Origin: Lama glama
Lineage: Eukaryota
Direction: 5' to 3'
NCBI GenBank assembly: GCA_028534125.1
Contig: CM052816.1
Coordinates: 992,001-1,056,000, forward strand
DNA: 64,000 bases
The notes beneath the pieces were generated by a model. That model was not told where the DNA came from. It made no database searches and saw only the letters and a program-made list of their open reading frames with translations. Both the position numbers and the translations under genes were made by a program. Shown here piece by piece: positions 1-12,791 of this stretch. Numbering within the stretch: position 1 is the first letter of the stretch; each line of letters starts with the position of its first letter.

Positions 1-2229
1 AATTTGGATTTCACTGTAGGAAATGTAAAAAGTGTAGACTTATAAATCTAACAGGAGATAAGAAAGTCACTCATAAATAAATGCAAGTTGACTGTGCTGT
101 CCTGTTGTAATGTTGTGATATACTATTTTAATGGGTAAAACTTAAAATTTCAAATGAACCCCCTCAATGAATGATGAATGTGTGATAAGTGAAAACCTCA
201 CACGTTATGCTACAAAGGAAGGGTTTTACCATGGAGAGAAATTCAGCACATTCGATGACTAATGGAACACATCTCAACATGAATTTGCACCTTACACAGA
301 AAGAATTGATTCAGGGATTCCTATGAATAGGAATGCTGAGAAGGAGGGCATTTTATTGCGGGAGCTGAAAAGCTAAGTAGCTACTAGTAATCAAAGGATA
401 GTAGGAAACTCATTCTTAACCTGTTAAATGTTTGATTGTTTTGGATTGTGTTATTGTAAAGATTTCATTCATTATGTGTGTGTATTGTCTGTTGTAAAAT
501 GTTATGCATACTTTGTTGAGGGCTCACTCTCTTGGCCACGAAGAGCCAGATAGTGGCTCTTATAAGGCAAGGTAAGGTGAAACTCCAATAAAGAAATTCT
601 TCAAAAGTGAACAGGCTGTGACATACTTTAGGTGGAGTAGCATACGGAGAAAGCCACTTGTCTGTCATATCTTTGTGGGGTAAGTTATACCAAATCCAAA
701 TCAAGGAGGCAGCAGGGGACTCATCCCACAGGGCTAGTAGCTCAAATTTCATGAGAAATTAGGTGGCGCCTCCATCAGGAGAAATGCAGATTGGATTGAT
801 CCTGCTGGGGCTGGATCCTAACCCCTGGGAGTGGACAGGCTGTGTGAGTGGTCCAGTCTTTACACAGAAACAGTTCTCTTGGGAAGAGTAGAAATTAACA
901 CAATATTGTTAACAATATATAAGGCAGGTAACTAGGAAACTCAGGGTAAAAAGAGAGTCTTCTGAGAATTAAGTAACCTGTTCGAGAATACTCTGGGTAG
1001 GGTCTGTTAGTAGAGGCTGAGTTCTAAGTCAGGTCTCTGGCTCCAAAATCTACTCTTAAAAGAGAACAGTGTCTGGTCACATAGTTTCCTGGTTCTCTCC
1101 AGAATTCCTTTTTTTATACACATGCCTCTCTCTAGGAGTATTTCTCTCACTCTGCCTTCAAACTAGGTAAGTTTTGATGGAGGGGGTGGAGGTGGGAGGA
1201 TTATGGTAGAAAAAGGAGAGGGAAGGCATTTCTGCCACTCAGCTCCACTTGGGAGTGTCACAGCCACACCTGCTCTTTGTCCTCTACATGCAGCACTGGC
1301 AAACCTGACCCCATCCATAGATTTGTATTAATTTATTCAGCAAGTACTTGCTGACGATCTGCTAGGCACATTGTCCTAGGCACTAGGTAGCAGGAGTAGG
1401 TAGTGGGGAGAGACCACAAACAAAGCCACCCTAATGGATGCTGAACTAAACCATAAATGTTGCAAGGAAAGTGAGCTGCAGCCACTGGAAGGGAGGCAGG
1501 GTGACATCTAAACAGGATGTTGATTGGGTCTTTTTAAGAGAGAGGAGTGGGAAATAGGATGGCCTGATCAAAGGCAGCATCGGAAATGCTTGTGCATCCT
1601 CCAGGGTGTCCAGTCCTTGGCAGGCCTGGTACACAGTGGGCAGAAAAGAAAGAGGCTGTAGAGTACTGATTTCCAGTAGCCACTGAGCATCAACATCCTT
1701 TCATTTGCTGAATATAGGACCAGCTCTAACTGTTTGAGATGATCAGATTACTTAAAGTTTTCATGTGGCCAGGGCTGTTGGTGTGCTAGTGGCTTGAGGC
1801 CCCCAGCCCCCTCACACACACACCTGCATGAGCTCCACCTGGACCTATTGCATCATGTTACTTTTGAGAGAGACACAGGTTAGGTAACAAGGTAGAAGAA
1901 GATAGCTACGACATGAATGGGGATTCAGAGTGTCCCAGCCCACTGAACACCAGGGCATGTTCCCACTGCAGCCTCCATTGACTCAGACACAGAAAATGGG
2001 CTGCAGTCTACCAAGTGCTCAGGCCTCGAGCCTACCTCAGGCTGCATGTGTGCTGCTGGACTGATCCCAGATGAGGAAGGGGTCTTTCCATTCCAGACAG
2101 ACTTTGTGGTGCAGATCAAATGAGCTGGTGCAGGCCCTCCTCTGGACTCAAGCTGGTTTAGGGACCACAAGCCCCACCCCCTTCCAGGGAACGTTTGTAT
2201 GCAAAGAGAAAAATTAGTTTTCTGACATA

Positions 2230-4660
2230 TATAGGCAAATCAAAACACTTGAAAAATGCCACATCTAATCCTCAAGGCTGAAAGAAACAGAACTGAAATA
2301 TTGGACAATAGGTAAATTGGAAGCTGGAAGATCTGTGTGAAGCAGGCTAAAGTGCTTGTATTATTTGGGAGGAGGGTCAAGATGCTGTTTAACTTGATTT
2401 TGAGTTAAATATGGTAAAATGTCATGGGCAAGCACTAGAAGGATAGAAATAAAGTATGTAAATCTAAAAATCTAGACTAGAAAACCTCAAAGTCTAGAAA
2501 AGAGAAAAATATTGAAAAGGTGAGGCAATTACTTTTTTTCTGGAAAGGGTAGGCTAGGTTATTTGGGTCAGTTTCCCACCAAAAACATAGAAAAAGACTT
2601 GTTTTTTTATATGTAGATAGTCTGCATGGAGATAGAGAAATATGAGAAAACCCAGAGAGATGGGAAGATCTCACTGGGAAGTTCTAACATTTAATCACGG
2701 TCTTAGAAGGCAAAGACAGAAGACAAGACGCAGAGGTGATGGGGCTGAGGATATTCAGAACTGATGAAAAATACAAATCTATAGATTTAGAAGCCCAAAG
2801 GACACAAACTAGGATAGATTTATAAAATCACATCGACACACATCATAGTGCAACTGCAGAAAATCAAAGGGAAAAAATAACAGCCAAAGAATTAAAATTA
2901 TCTTTAAAGGAACAACAGACTTCTCAACAGCAACACTGGAAGCCAAATGAGCAGAATGCAAAGTCAGTACAAAACTAGAAAGTAACTGTCAGCCTAGAAT
3001 TTTTTACCCATTGAAACTATCTTATGAGTGAGGATGAAATAAGCACATTTTAAGACAAAAATGTCTTCTATTCATTCCCTGCTGACCCTCATTAAAGGAA
3101 ATTTTAATGCGTTTTAATGTGGAAGGAAAGTGATCTCAGATGGGGTTTTGAGATGCAAAAAGAAATGAAGAGCAAAACAGGTAGGCAAATGTAACTGAAC
3201 ATTTTATACCAATGAAAATCTAGAGTTGTTACAATGGACTTAGAATACCAGACGACAATGATATATAAGTCAAGAGATTAAAAAGGCTTGAAGTATTATT
3301 TTAGGGTGAAGGTTTTGGTGACTCATGAATATTGTAAAATCTAGAGGAATCATAAGAATAGAACATAATTTCAATACTAATAGAAAAAAGTTTTAATCAA
3401 AAAGGTAAGTAAAAAGGGGGTGATACAAGAAAAAAAGATGGTAAATCTTAAGCCGAGAAATACCAATATTTACATTTAATCTGATTTCACTAAATGACAA
3501 AGATGTCAGACTGTATCTCCATGCTGCGTTCTGGATAACTACTTCAAACGTATTTTTTAGCTCACCAATTCTCTTTCCTCCTGTTTTACAGTCTGTTGCC
3601 AAATACATCTTTAAATATTTCAAGCAGTTGTTTTCACACATGTACCCAATAATTCTAATGTGACGTCTGTGAGTCTGTTCTTTTCTGCTGGCTTTCAGTC
3701 ATGCTGCCTTTTTTCTTTATATGCCTGTCTTTGTGATTAGGTCATGAGGGTGGGGCCATCATGAATGGGATTAGTGCTCTTATAAAGAGACCCCACAGGA
3801 CTCCCCTTCTTCCATGTGAGTTTGCAACAAGAAGTCTGCAACCCTGAAGAAAGCACCCACCCAACCATGCTCCAATCACTCTGGAAATACATTTTTGTTG
3901 GTTGTAAGCCACCCAGTCTGTAATGTTTTGTTATAGCAGCCAGAACAAACTAATTACCTCCCAAAGGCCCCACCTCCTACCACCATTACACTGGGCATTA
4001 GGATTCAAACCTGTGAATTTTGGGGAAACACATCCAGACTATAGCACATAGGGCAAAAGTACAAAACCCCAATATATTGCTGCTTAGAAGAGACTCAAAT
4101 ATAAGGGTACAAAGTTTAAAAGTAAAAGAATGGAAAGAAGTTACACGAAGCCAATAGAAAACTAGTGTAGCTCTACTGACACTAGATGCAACAGGGACTT
4201 CAAGGCACAAACCATTCCTACAGATAAAGGAAGTTGTTACATAAGACAAAAGATTCAGAGAAGAGAAAACACTGGGAAGATAGAACAGTTTTAAGTCAGT
4301 ATGTACCTAATAACAGCTCAGGACTTGACAAATACGGAGACGTCAAAGGAGAAACATAAAATCTACCATTAGGATGAGAGATTGTTTTACACCTCTTAAA
4401 GTAATAGGACAAGCAGACTAAAAATTAGTAAAGATACAGATTTAAACAATAAGATTAACAAGCATTCTAACTCATGTATGGGACATCCCACCAGTGTGTC
4501 AAAGATGCATATTTTTTGTCAAGCACATATGAAACATTGTCAGAATTGACTTACCCAATGTTATATGTCAACTATGTTTTAATTAAGGGGGGGTGGTAAT
4601 TGACAAATATGCTGGGCCATAAAGTCAATCTCAACAAATTTAAAATAATTGAAATTGAAT
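2230..4660 (+). mobile_element. Ancient L1M fragments (ORF1 and ORF2 endonuclease region), with a reversed piece (~3500-3720) and a nested MLT1A LTR
   Basis: A-rich degenerate L1 motifs such as CAGACTTCTCAACAGCAACACTGGAAGCCA, CCTAGAATT..TACCCA..AAACTATC, and CTGGGCCATAAAGTCAATCTCAACAAATTTAAA. Boundaries approximate. Confidence 0.7.
3726..4046 (-). mobile_element. MLT1A/A0-type MaLR LTR with an internally inverted segment (3733-3953)
   Basis: 3954-4046 is the reverse complement of the MLT1A 5' end (TGCTATAGTCTGGATGTG...GGGAGGTAATTAG). 3733-3953 is the remainder of the LTR in plus orientation (GTGATTAGGTCATGAGGGTGGGGCC...TTTGTTATAGCAGCCAGAACAAACTAA). Confidence 0.8.
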
Positions 4661-4724
4661 TAAAATACTTTTAACATCCCTATTATATTCAGACATTTAC
4701 AGATACATTTTAAAATCATGGTTC

Positions 4725-5447
4725 AAACTTGTCTATTTTATATATAGTAGTTAATATTTGCAAATCTTGAACTCCCAATTTATCCCTTCCGACTCCCTTT
4801 CCCCCAGTAACTGTAAGTTTGTTTACTATGTCTGTGAGTCTGTTTCTGTTTTGTATATATGTTCATTAGTGCCTTCTTTTTTTAGATTCTACATATAAGT
4901 GATATCATGTGGTATTTTTCTTTCTCTTTCTGGCTTCACTTAGAATGACGATCTCTATGTCCATCCATGTTGCTGCAAATGGCATTATTTTATTCTTTTT
5001 TATGGCTGAGTAGTATTCTATTGTATAAATATACCACGGCTTCTTTACCCAGTCATCTGTCAATGGACATTCAGGTTATTTCCATGTCTTGGCTATTGTA
5101 TATAGACAGTGCTGCTATAAACTTGGGGTTCATGTATCTTTTCAAATTAGAGTTCCCTCTGGATATATGCACAGGAGTGAGATTGCTGGATCATACAGTA
5201 AGTCTATTTTTAGTTTTTTGAGGGATCTCTGAACTATTTTTCCATAATAGCTGTACCAAACTACATTCCCACCAAGTTTCTTCTAGCACAAGGAGCATTC
5301 TTTATCTTGTAATAACCTATAATGAAAAACAATATGAAAACAAATATATGTATATATATATATATGTATAAAACAATTGTACACCAGAAATTGATACAAC
5401 ATTGTAAACTGACTGTACTTCAGTAAAACAAAACAAAACAAAACAAA
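4725..5447. mobile_element. 5'-truncated, 5'-inverted LINE-1 (minus piece 4725-5275, plus piece 5284-5447 with (AAAAC)n tail)
   Basis: Both pieces align by eye to adjacent parts of the 3' end of the L1 at 55.9-56.7 kb in this window, in opposite orientations. Confidence 0.9.
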
Positions 5448-6559
5448 CCTTAGAAGAAGAAAATAATAAAGTAGTTTGCAAGACAAGGAATAATATTTTT
5501 TGTTGTGGGCAAGAGGAAAACCTTACTTACTAGCTTATGATTTGAGCTAATTGCTTAGCCTCTGCGAGCCTCGTCTGCAAGATGTGGCAAAGCTCACAGT
5601 ATAGTCGGGGGGCTTATCTACAAGAGCAATTTAGAGATGGCACATGGCTCTGTACATGACAGTACTGCTACTCTGCCATGTGTGGCTAGGAAGGGGAGAC
5701 ACCAGGCTTGGCACTGGTCCCTCAAGGGGCTTACCATCTAGGGGAAGATCATGAGTACATAGGATAGTGTTAGGGAGCATGTGCTAAATGCACGTGCTAA
5801 AGGCAGCCAGACCCATTATATGCATCTGAATGGCTGTACAACACACGTGGGGTCTGCTACCCTGCTTTTGGAAACTGAACCTTCCTTGGAAATGAACAGC
5901 CTTATAAATGGTGGAGCGACACCCAGGGGTTAAGAAGCATGCTTTGTTAGAATTAAATGCATACCATATGTTGCCGTGGTTTGTGTTCCACAGGGCCATA
6001 TTGATTTTTTTTTTTTTGGCTGTCCATGTTTGTGGAGCATTAGCAGCAAAATGCTAAGATGCTGACCAATTGTCTTTAATAGCAGTTTGAAAACACATAT
6101 AATACAAAAGAAGGAATGTTTAATTACTACTGTAAGGTAGTTTAATTACTACTGTAAAATGAACAACTAAATCCTAATTACAGATGAAGTGAAGAGGGAC
6201 TTCTTTCCAGTGGCTACATTTAGATATATTACTAAGACTTGCCTCATATTTTACATAATATCTATGAAGAACTCAGAGTACTTTTAATGCATCTTAATTT
6301 GGGAGTCATTGTGATGTTGCAGTATCTGACTAACCTTCAGAGGCAAAGTTTTTTTGAACTGAAATCTCAACTATATCACCTATTAATTAGTTGTGAAGTT
6401 TCAGGTAATTTCTTAGCCTCTTAGAGCCTGTGTCCTCTTAGTGCTCTGTAGCACCCACCATGCAGGTTGTTGTGGGATCTAATAAGATGTGCAAAGTGCC
6501 TGGCATACAATAACTTTCCGCAATGTACTTCTCTACTTTCATTACTTGTCTTTCAAATT

Positions 6560-7630
6560 ATTGTCACATAGAGAGGATCTTGAATTAGTCTGTGTGATTA
6601 GAAACAGTTTTGGAAGACAGTGGCAGGTGGTGTGTGTATTTACTTCAATTCCTCGATATGAATATCAATTATATGTGTCTGTGTTGTGTGGCCTGGAGTT
6701 TGGAATAAAACTTTCTTCATATATTGCAAAATAAAGTAACATCATGGTTCAAAGAAGAAACTATTTTCAACTGAATGATAATGAAAATGTTACATGTCAA
6801 AACTAGAGTGCTACTGTTTGGGCAGTATTTAGAGAAAAATTTATAGCCTCGAAAGACATTTCAGAAAATCAGAAAACTTGGAAATGAATCACCTAAGCCA
6901 TCTCTCAAAAAGTTACAACAATCAAAATAAATCCCAAAGAAAGTTAAAATAAGTAATAAAGAGCAGAAATTTACAAAATAGAAAAACAAACGTACAATAT
7001 GAAGAATCCACAGAGCCGTGTGTGTGTGTGCGCGCCTGCGTATGTGTTTTAGAAAAGCTAATGAAATTGACAAACTTCTGGTGAGACTGATCAAGATAAA
7101 AAGAGCACAAATAGACAAAGTCAGGAATAAGAAGGAGGAATATGGATAACTGTCCAATTTTCTTCTGTGCACATACCCTGACCTTGTTCTCTGAAACCAA
7201 GAGAACAGCAACTCACTCCTAAATTCCTTTGAGACAATTCTGAGAACAGGGTGTAACGGGCTAAGATGAGCCAAATCAGAAAGAAACACAACTCATTTCT
7301 GTAAGACTGCAATGCCTACTTGACCAAAACCTACCAAAATTAGAGCAGGCAGTGCTGCTTTTCTTTCTTTTCCCTTTAAAATCTCTCGTATTCCTCATGT
7401 TTGGAGAGACATTCCCTTTGAAACTTCCCTGTTTTAACAGTTTGAATAAATTCCCTTGTAGCTATAGTCTTAGCGAATTTCTAAAACTTTGTGTTACAAA
7501 TGCTACAGACATTAGTAAGGTATTATTATATCACAATTTTATGCCAGTAAATTAGAAATTTTAAATGAAGTGAGAAAATTCCTGGGATGGGGGGTGGAAA
7601 CAACTGAAACTTACTAAAAGTCTCAATAGC
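6560..7630 (+). mobile_element. Old L1M ORF2 fragment interrupted by a solo LTR
   Basis: Degenerate ORF2 sequence (AATGAAAATG..ACATGTCAAAAC, AATGAAATTGACAAACTTCTGGTGAGACTGATCAAG) that resumes after 7498 (GCTACAGACATT..TTTATGCCAGTAAATTAGAAA). Confidence 0.7.
7143..7498 (+). mobile_element. Probable ERV1-class solo LTR nested in L1
   Basis: TG...TGTTACA ends, TTTAAAA TATA-like box (~7375), AATAAA at 7445-7450, near-matching 4-bp flanks AATA/AATG; it splits a contiguous L1 ORF2 stretch. Confidence 0.55.
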
Positions 7631-8224
7631 TTATGGATATGAGAAGTATGGGAAAGACTGGAGTGAGTTCAGTCCTTTGGAACTCAAGGAAGGAGCAAGT
7701 GGAGGGAGGAGGAAGAAAGCAGGAAGGGAAGATCTTAATGAACAGTGAGTTTAGAAAAGCCTTCCATAGGAGTGCATTCTCTGTTTCTATTAGTGAATTT
7801 GTCTGAAAGTGAAAGCTTGAAAAATAATTTCACCTGGGTTTATATACAGAGACTGTAAGAATACAATGTAAGAATACAACTGTACTGAGTATCAGTCATG
7901 AAATGCAAGGGAAACTCATCTGTCATGAGATTCAAAAACCAAGAAAAGGTCACCTGAGGACCAGTTAGCTAAGGACAGACAGTGGGGACCTGATGTCTGT
8001 CTGCATCAGGACCGCAAGGTCCTCCAGGGGATTCCCTGACCCAGGAGGTCACTCCATGCTCTTCCCCAGCCTCAGCTGAGGGTCTAGGCTGGAGACATGG
8101 AGAAGGAAGTCAGAATACTTAACTCAATTCTTTCCACTGAGTCTTCTCATTTAGACCTGGCAGTTCTCAGGCTGTGAACAGCATCGGTTACACTCAGGAA
8201 AGAGTCTGTGTGAATCCCATGTAG

Positions 8225-8480
8225 AGAGGTGACACAGCGTAGTGGCCAGGAGCAGGGTCTGTCCGCCATAAAGCCCAGGTTCAAATAAGGACACTTTCAC
8301 TTATTCCTCGGTGATGTTAGTCAAGTAATTAAACTTTCATTTTTTGCTTGTGTGTCCTCATTTGCCTTTTATTGGGATAATAATAGGAACAACCTCATAG
8401 GTCCTAATGAGGGTTGGGGAAGTTAGTGTTATTAGAGTCCTTAAAATTGTGCCTGGAATGAGCAGCATTTGTAGAAGGGT
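8225..8480 (+). mobile_element. MIR SINE (one of several; others at ~5520-5650, 6340-6520, 9030-9180, 13080-13210, 17215-17400, 22010-22215, 33250-33430)
   Basis: CAGCGTAGTGG..AGGAGCA..CCCAGGTTCAAAT..CACTTA..CAAGTAATTAAAC..CCTCATTTG..GGGATAATAATAG..ACCTCATAGG, the MIR core. Confidence 0.7.
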
Positions 8481-9199
8481 GTGTGAGGTAAGTCTGGCAG
8501 TGTGGCGGCCCTTGTTTAGGGACTCGAACATCTGGACACTCAGGCAATGGAAGGCAGCTCCATCTTAAGGCCAAGAAGATCCCCCAGGGACCACTCCACA
8601 CAAGATTTGAGAAAAATGATTTTTTGGATATGTTTACACAGGGGTGTCTTGCTTCTAAGCAAGCAATCCATTGTTTCTAAGCAAATATGCTTTGTCTTTT
8701 TCATTCTGGAAAAGGGGTCAACAGGAGGTGCTTCCAGCTCTAGCCCAGTGACCAAGAGTGTTTGGTGGGTTAAGGGCTGCTTCACACTGGCTTCTCCGTC
8801 GAGGCAGCCTGCCCACTCATGCTGTACACATTCTGCTCCCCACTCCTTCCCTACCCCTGTGTTTTCTTGGTAATCAATGTGCTGGAGGTTACCACAGGAA
8901 GGGCTGGTGAGAGATAAGCTTCCACCACATAAACCAGGGCTGTTTTGCATAAATGTCCTTTGAGGTCTCAAAGAATAAAAAATAAAAAGAGATCCTGGGA
9001 TGGGGAGAAGTTTCTCTGGTCTTGAATGCAAACCTTAGCGCCAGTATTCCAGTGAATGCAACAATTATGTCTATAATTTTCCCTCTGTTAAATGAGGGAA
9101 AAGACCCAACTCACAAAGTTGCTTTGAGGATTGATGAAAAAGCACCTTGTATTTTGTAAAACTTTATACAAACATTATTGTTAAGTTGACTAATGATCT

Positions 9200-11450
9200 A
9201 TCTTATTTTTACAAGTTAAAGGAAGGAGATAATGAGGATGAGAGCAAAAACCAATGAAACAGAAAGCAACACAACAGAGTAGATTAAAAGTCAAGATTGG
9301 TACTTTGAAAAGAGTATTAAAATTGGTAGATCTTGGGTGTGATAAGAAAGAAGAGAAAGTGCAAATAATTACAACAGATCCCCTGGGTTATTTGGAAGTG
9401 TATTTTAAATTTCTAAACAGACAGGAACTTCCTACTTATATTTTTGCTATTGCATTGTGGTCAGAAATCATACTCTATATGATGACTATCCTTTTACATT
9501 TGTTGAGATTTGTTTATGGCCCAGTGTGTATTTGACCTTGGTGAATGTTCCATGGGCACTGAAAAGGAACATATGATCTGCACCTGCTTGGGGCAGTCAC
9601 CTAGGTAAAAGACATCAGATCAAGTTTGTAATGTATTGTTCAAATCTTCTCTACTCTTAATGAATCTTTATCTGCTTGTTCTGTTGACTAATGAGATAAT
9701 TGTTGAGTTACCCATTTCTGCTTATAGTTCTCTGAATTTTGCTTTATATATTTGAGGCCATGTTATTAGGTGCATGCAAATACAGAATTGTTTAATCTTC
9801 CTGGTGAACTGAAACTTTAAAAAGTAAACCTCAATCTGAAGTAATGCTCTTTGCTTACCTAGAGTGTTTTTTCTGGTACTTATAATATCAGCTTCTTTTT
9901 GCCTAGTGTTACCTGGCATATCTCTTTCCATTCTTTGTTTTAACCTTTCTGTATCCTTGTTTTAAATGTGCCTCTTGGAAATAGCATATAGTTGTTGTTG
10001 CTGTCTTAATCCAGTCTGATAACCTCTTTTAACCAGGGTGTTAGGTCTTTAATATGTAATTTCTGATATGTTTGGGTTTCCATTTTTTTTTTAAAGACTT
10101 TTGGGGGATGGTAATTAGGTTTATTTAATTATTTGTTTTTAGCAGAGGTACTGGGGATTGAACCCACGACCTTGTGTATGCTAAGCACACTACTGCTGAG
10201 CTGTATTCTCCCCCTCTGGGTTTCAATCTTATTCACTGCGTTTTATATATATCCCACCTGATCTAAGTTCTATTATCTCTTTTCTTGCTTTCTTTCAGAT
10301 TGGATTACAATTATTCTATTATTCCATTTCCCCCTCTATTGGGTGGGAAATTATATAATTTTCCTCTTCTTTTAATGGGCAAGAAATTAAAAGATCATTC
10401 TTGAACTAGCAAAGCCTAGTGTTGATACATTTATCTTTAACCTACACAATGAAAGGATCTTAGAATACTTTATCTCCTATCTCCTATGCTATTGTTTTTG
10501 TGAATTTTAGTTATGTATATATACATGTATATAGAGATGTGTTAAAACATTATTTTTCTACACCAAATATTTATTTAGATTTATCCACATATTTACTATT
10601 TTAATTACATTCCACTGCCCTTCATTCTTTTCTCCCTCCCTAACTTTCCTTGGGTCATTTTTCTTGTGTCTGGAAAACATCCTTTAGAACATTCTGTCCC
10701 TATCAGAGTTAAACCTTCCAACTTTTGTTTGCCTAAAAATAGCTTATTCCATCTTAATTTTTCACAGTTTTGTTTTTCTGGGAATAGAATTCTGAGTTGA
10801 GCATCATATTCTTTTGTCACATTGGAGGCATCAAGCCTCTAATTTCTGACTTCTGCTTTGGTTGGTGGCCTGTTTAATATATTCTTTTGTTAATGGCTTC
10901 CTTTAAGATTTTTTTCTCTGTCTTTGGTTTATTCCAGTTTTACTATGATATGTTTAGGTGTGGATTTTTTTAATTCTTTTTTTTGGGGGGGTGGATTATT
11001 TTTTAGTAAGTAATCATGCTTGGGATTCTTTGTGCTGTTAAATTTGTAGATTTGTGTCTTTCTTCAGTTTTGGTAAATTCTCAGCCACTGTGTGCTCAAA
11101 TATTAGTTCTATACCATTCTCTTTATTTTCTTCTGGGACTCCAAATAAAGGTATGTTAGACCTTCTCACCTTATCTCTTATGCCTCTTCAACTCTCACTT
11201 CCATCCCTTTGTCCCTCACTCCCTGTCTAGGCTTCGTTCTGGACATGACTTATCTTCCAGTTCACTATGTAATCTGCTATTAAATATGTATTCTATTTTC
11301 CAGTTATGGACTTTCCATTTACCCCCTTTCTTATAATATGCCAAATTCTCAAATTTGCCTTTATTTCCCTTGAGCGTTGTTATTTTAAAAGCTGTATCTG
11401 ATAACATCTGACAGTGGCTTTCTCTGATGCTGATCTCCAAGTACGTCACC
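9200..11450 (-). mobile_element. Old L1M (ORF2 endonuclease to ORF1 region), mostly minus strand, with a short plus-strand ORF2 piece at ~9200-9390
   Basis: T-rich degenerate L1 motifs (TTGCATTGTGGTCAGAA, TTGGTGAATGTTCCATG..CACTGAAAAG, TTGGTAAATTCTCAGCCA, CTTCTGGGACTCCAA). Boundaries approximate. Confidence 0.72.
10084..10216 (-). mobile_element. tRNA-Ala-derived SINE (camelid Vic-1 type) inserted in an old L1
   Basis: Reverse complement gives a tRNA-Ala(AGC)-like head (..CTTAGCATAC..GGTTCAATCCCCAGTACCTC), AAACCTAATTACC and an A-tail. It is flanked by a near-identical TSD TGGGTTTC(C/A)AT at 10073-10083 and 10217-10227. Confidence 0.88.
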
Positions 11451-12161
11451 AATCCCTTGCATTAGATTCCTTCTGTCCAAAGACTCAGAGTGGTTTGTAT
11501 GTTCCTAGTTGGAACCTGACTGTTACACTGCTGTCTGCCAAGCTCTCAACCCTGGGCCTTGTAACTTTCTATAAAATTCTTCCACAGCCCTTCCCTCTTT
11601 TAGCAAAAGGGAACTTGGTTCAAGACCTATAGAAGTTGTGCTCCAAAGCCAAGATTCTAAAGTGAATGTAGACTAGGGTGAGGATGGGGGGTTGGATTTT
11701 TTTCTCAAAGGTTCCTAGCCTTAGTAAAGATTTTTTTGCTAACTTTTTTGTGGGGAGGCACACTGACATCCCCCTCATTGGAATTCCCCTCAGCCCATTT
11801 TGTTCCAGTTTGTCTCTCACCCACCAAGTTCATTTTCTCCTTTCTACAAAACAATGTCTGAGATACAGAAGTTAGCTATTTACTAATAGTTAAGTCACCT
11901 TGAGACTATTTCAATTAATTATTTTAAATTTCATTCAGAAGTCACTTATTTAAAAAAAAAGTATTTCTTAGACACTGTGCTCTAAAGATACCCCTAAAAT
12001 AAAACAAAAATAAGACACCTCAATGAGGTGTCCTTCTCAGGAGGTTTTTTCCCCTCTAAAAACAAAGATCGACTCAAGCGTATTGCAACAGAAATACTAT
12101 AGCAGCAATACCACAACTAACTTTCCTCCTGTGATTCTGCCAGCCTCCCTCTGTTAGCAGA

Positions 12162-12791
12162 TGAGGAAGCCGACTAAAAGAGGGAGAACCCCAAAGAGTG
12201 GGATCTTTTCTTCTAGCCGTGAAAGAATTCACAGTGGAGACAGAGAAGCAGAGTGAAAGCTGCTTTATTGCTCGAAAAAAGGAAAAGAGGAGAAGACACT
12301 CAAGTGGAAAGACACTCGAGCCTTAAGCCCAGGTGGCTTGATGTAAGAACTCCTGCTTTTGGGGTCCCGGCTGGGTCCTTTTAATCTGTCTTCTTGTCTC
12401 CTTCTCACTGGCTACTCTTCTCCTGCTTGCTTTCTAGTTTGTTCTGCTCTGTGGAACAAATACTCTTCAAAAAAGAGATTCAGTAACCAAAGACTCTCAA
12501 ACAATGTGATCAAGCTAGGCCGAGCAAGTGAGTCAAGCAAGTGGGCTACTTACACAATATAGATATATAAATCAGATCATGTCAGGGCTCTGTTTCTGCA
12601 AGGTAGCTTTTTCTATTACTCAACCAGAAGCATTTTCTGGGGCCAGCTATTAGGCAATAGGTCCTGGTTTCGGTTCCCTAGCTCCCTGCCTCCTTCTGGG
12701 TGGGGGTGGGAGGGACCTCCACCCAGAAAAGTTTTTAGCCACTTCTAAGGGACAAGTTATATCATTTCCCAGTTTCATTCTCACTTCCTCA
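12162..12791 (-). mobile_element. Probable ERV solo LTR (~630 bp)
   Basis: Perfect 8-bp terminal inverted repeats TGAGGAAG (12162-12169) and CTTCCTCA (12784-12791) giving TG...CA ends, a minus-strand AATAAA (TTTATT 12264-12269) ~100 nt from the left end, and LTR-like composition. TSD unclear. Confidence 0.6.

Noticed and set aside
6118..6157. 18-bp direct repeat GTTTAATTACTACTGTAA x2 (similar short duplication at ~19657-19689)
   Set aside because: Two-copy slippage duplications with no spacer array; not CRISPR-like, and the DNA is eukaryotic.
12014..12032. Perfect palindrome GACACCTCA-A-TGAGGTGTC
   Set aside because: A 9-bp arm is within chance expectation for 64 kb when several spacer lengths are allowed; no supporting context.
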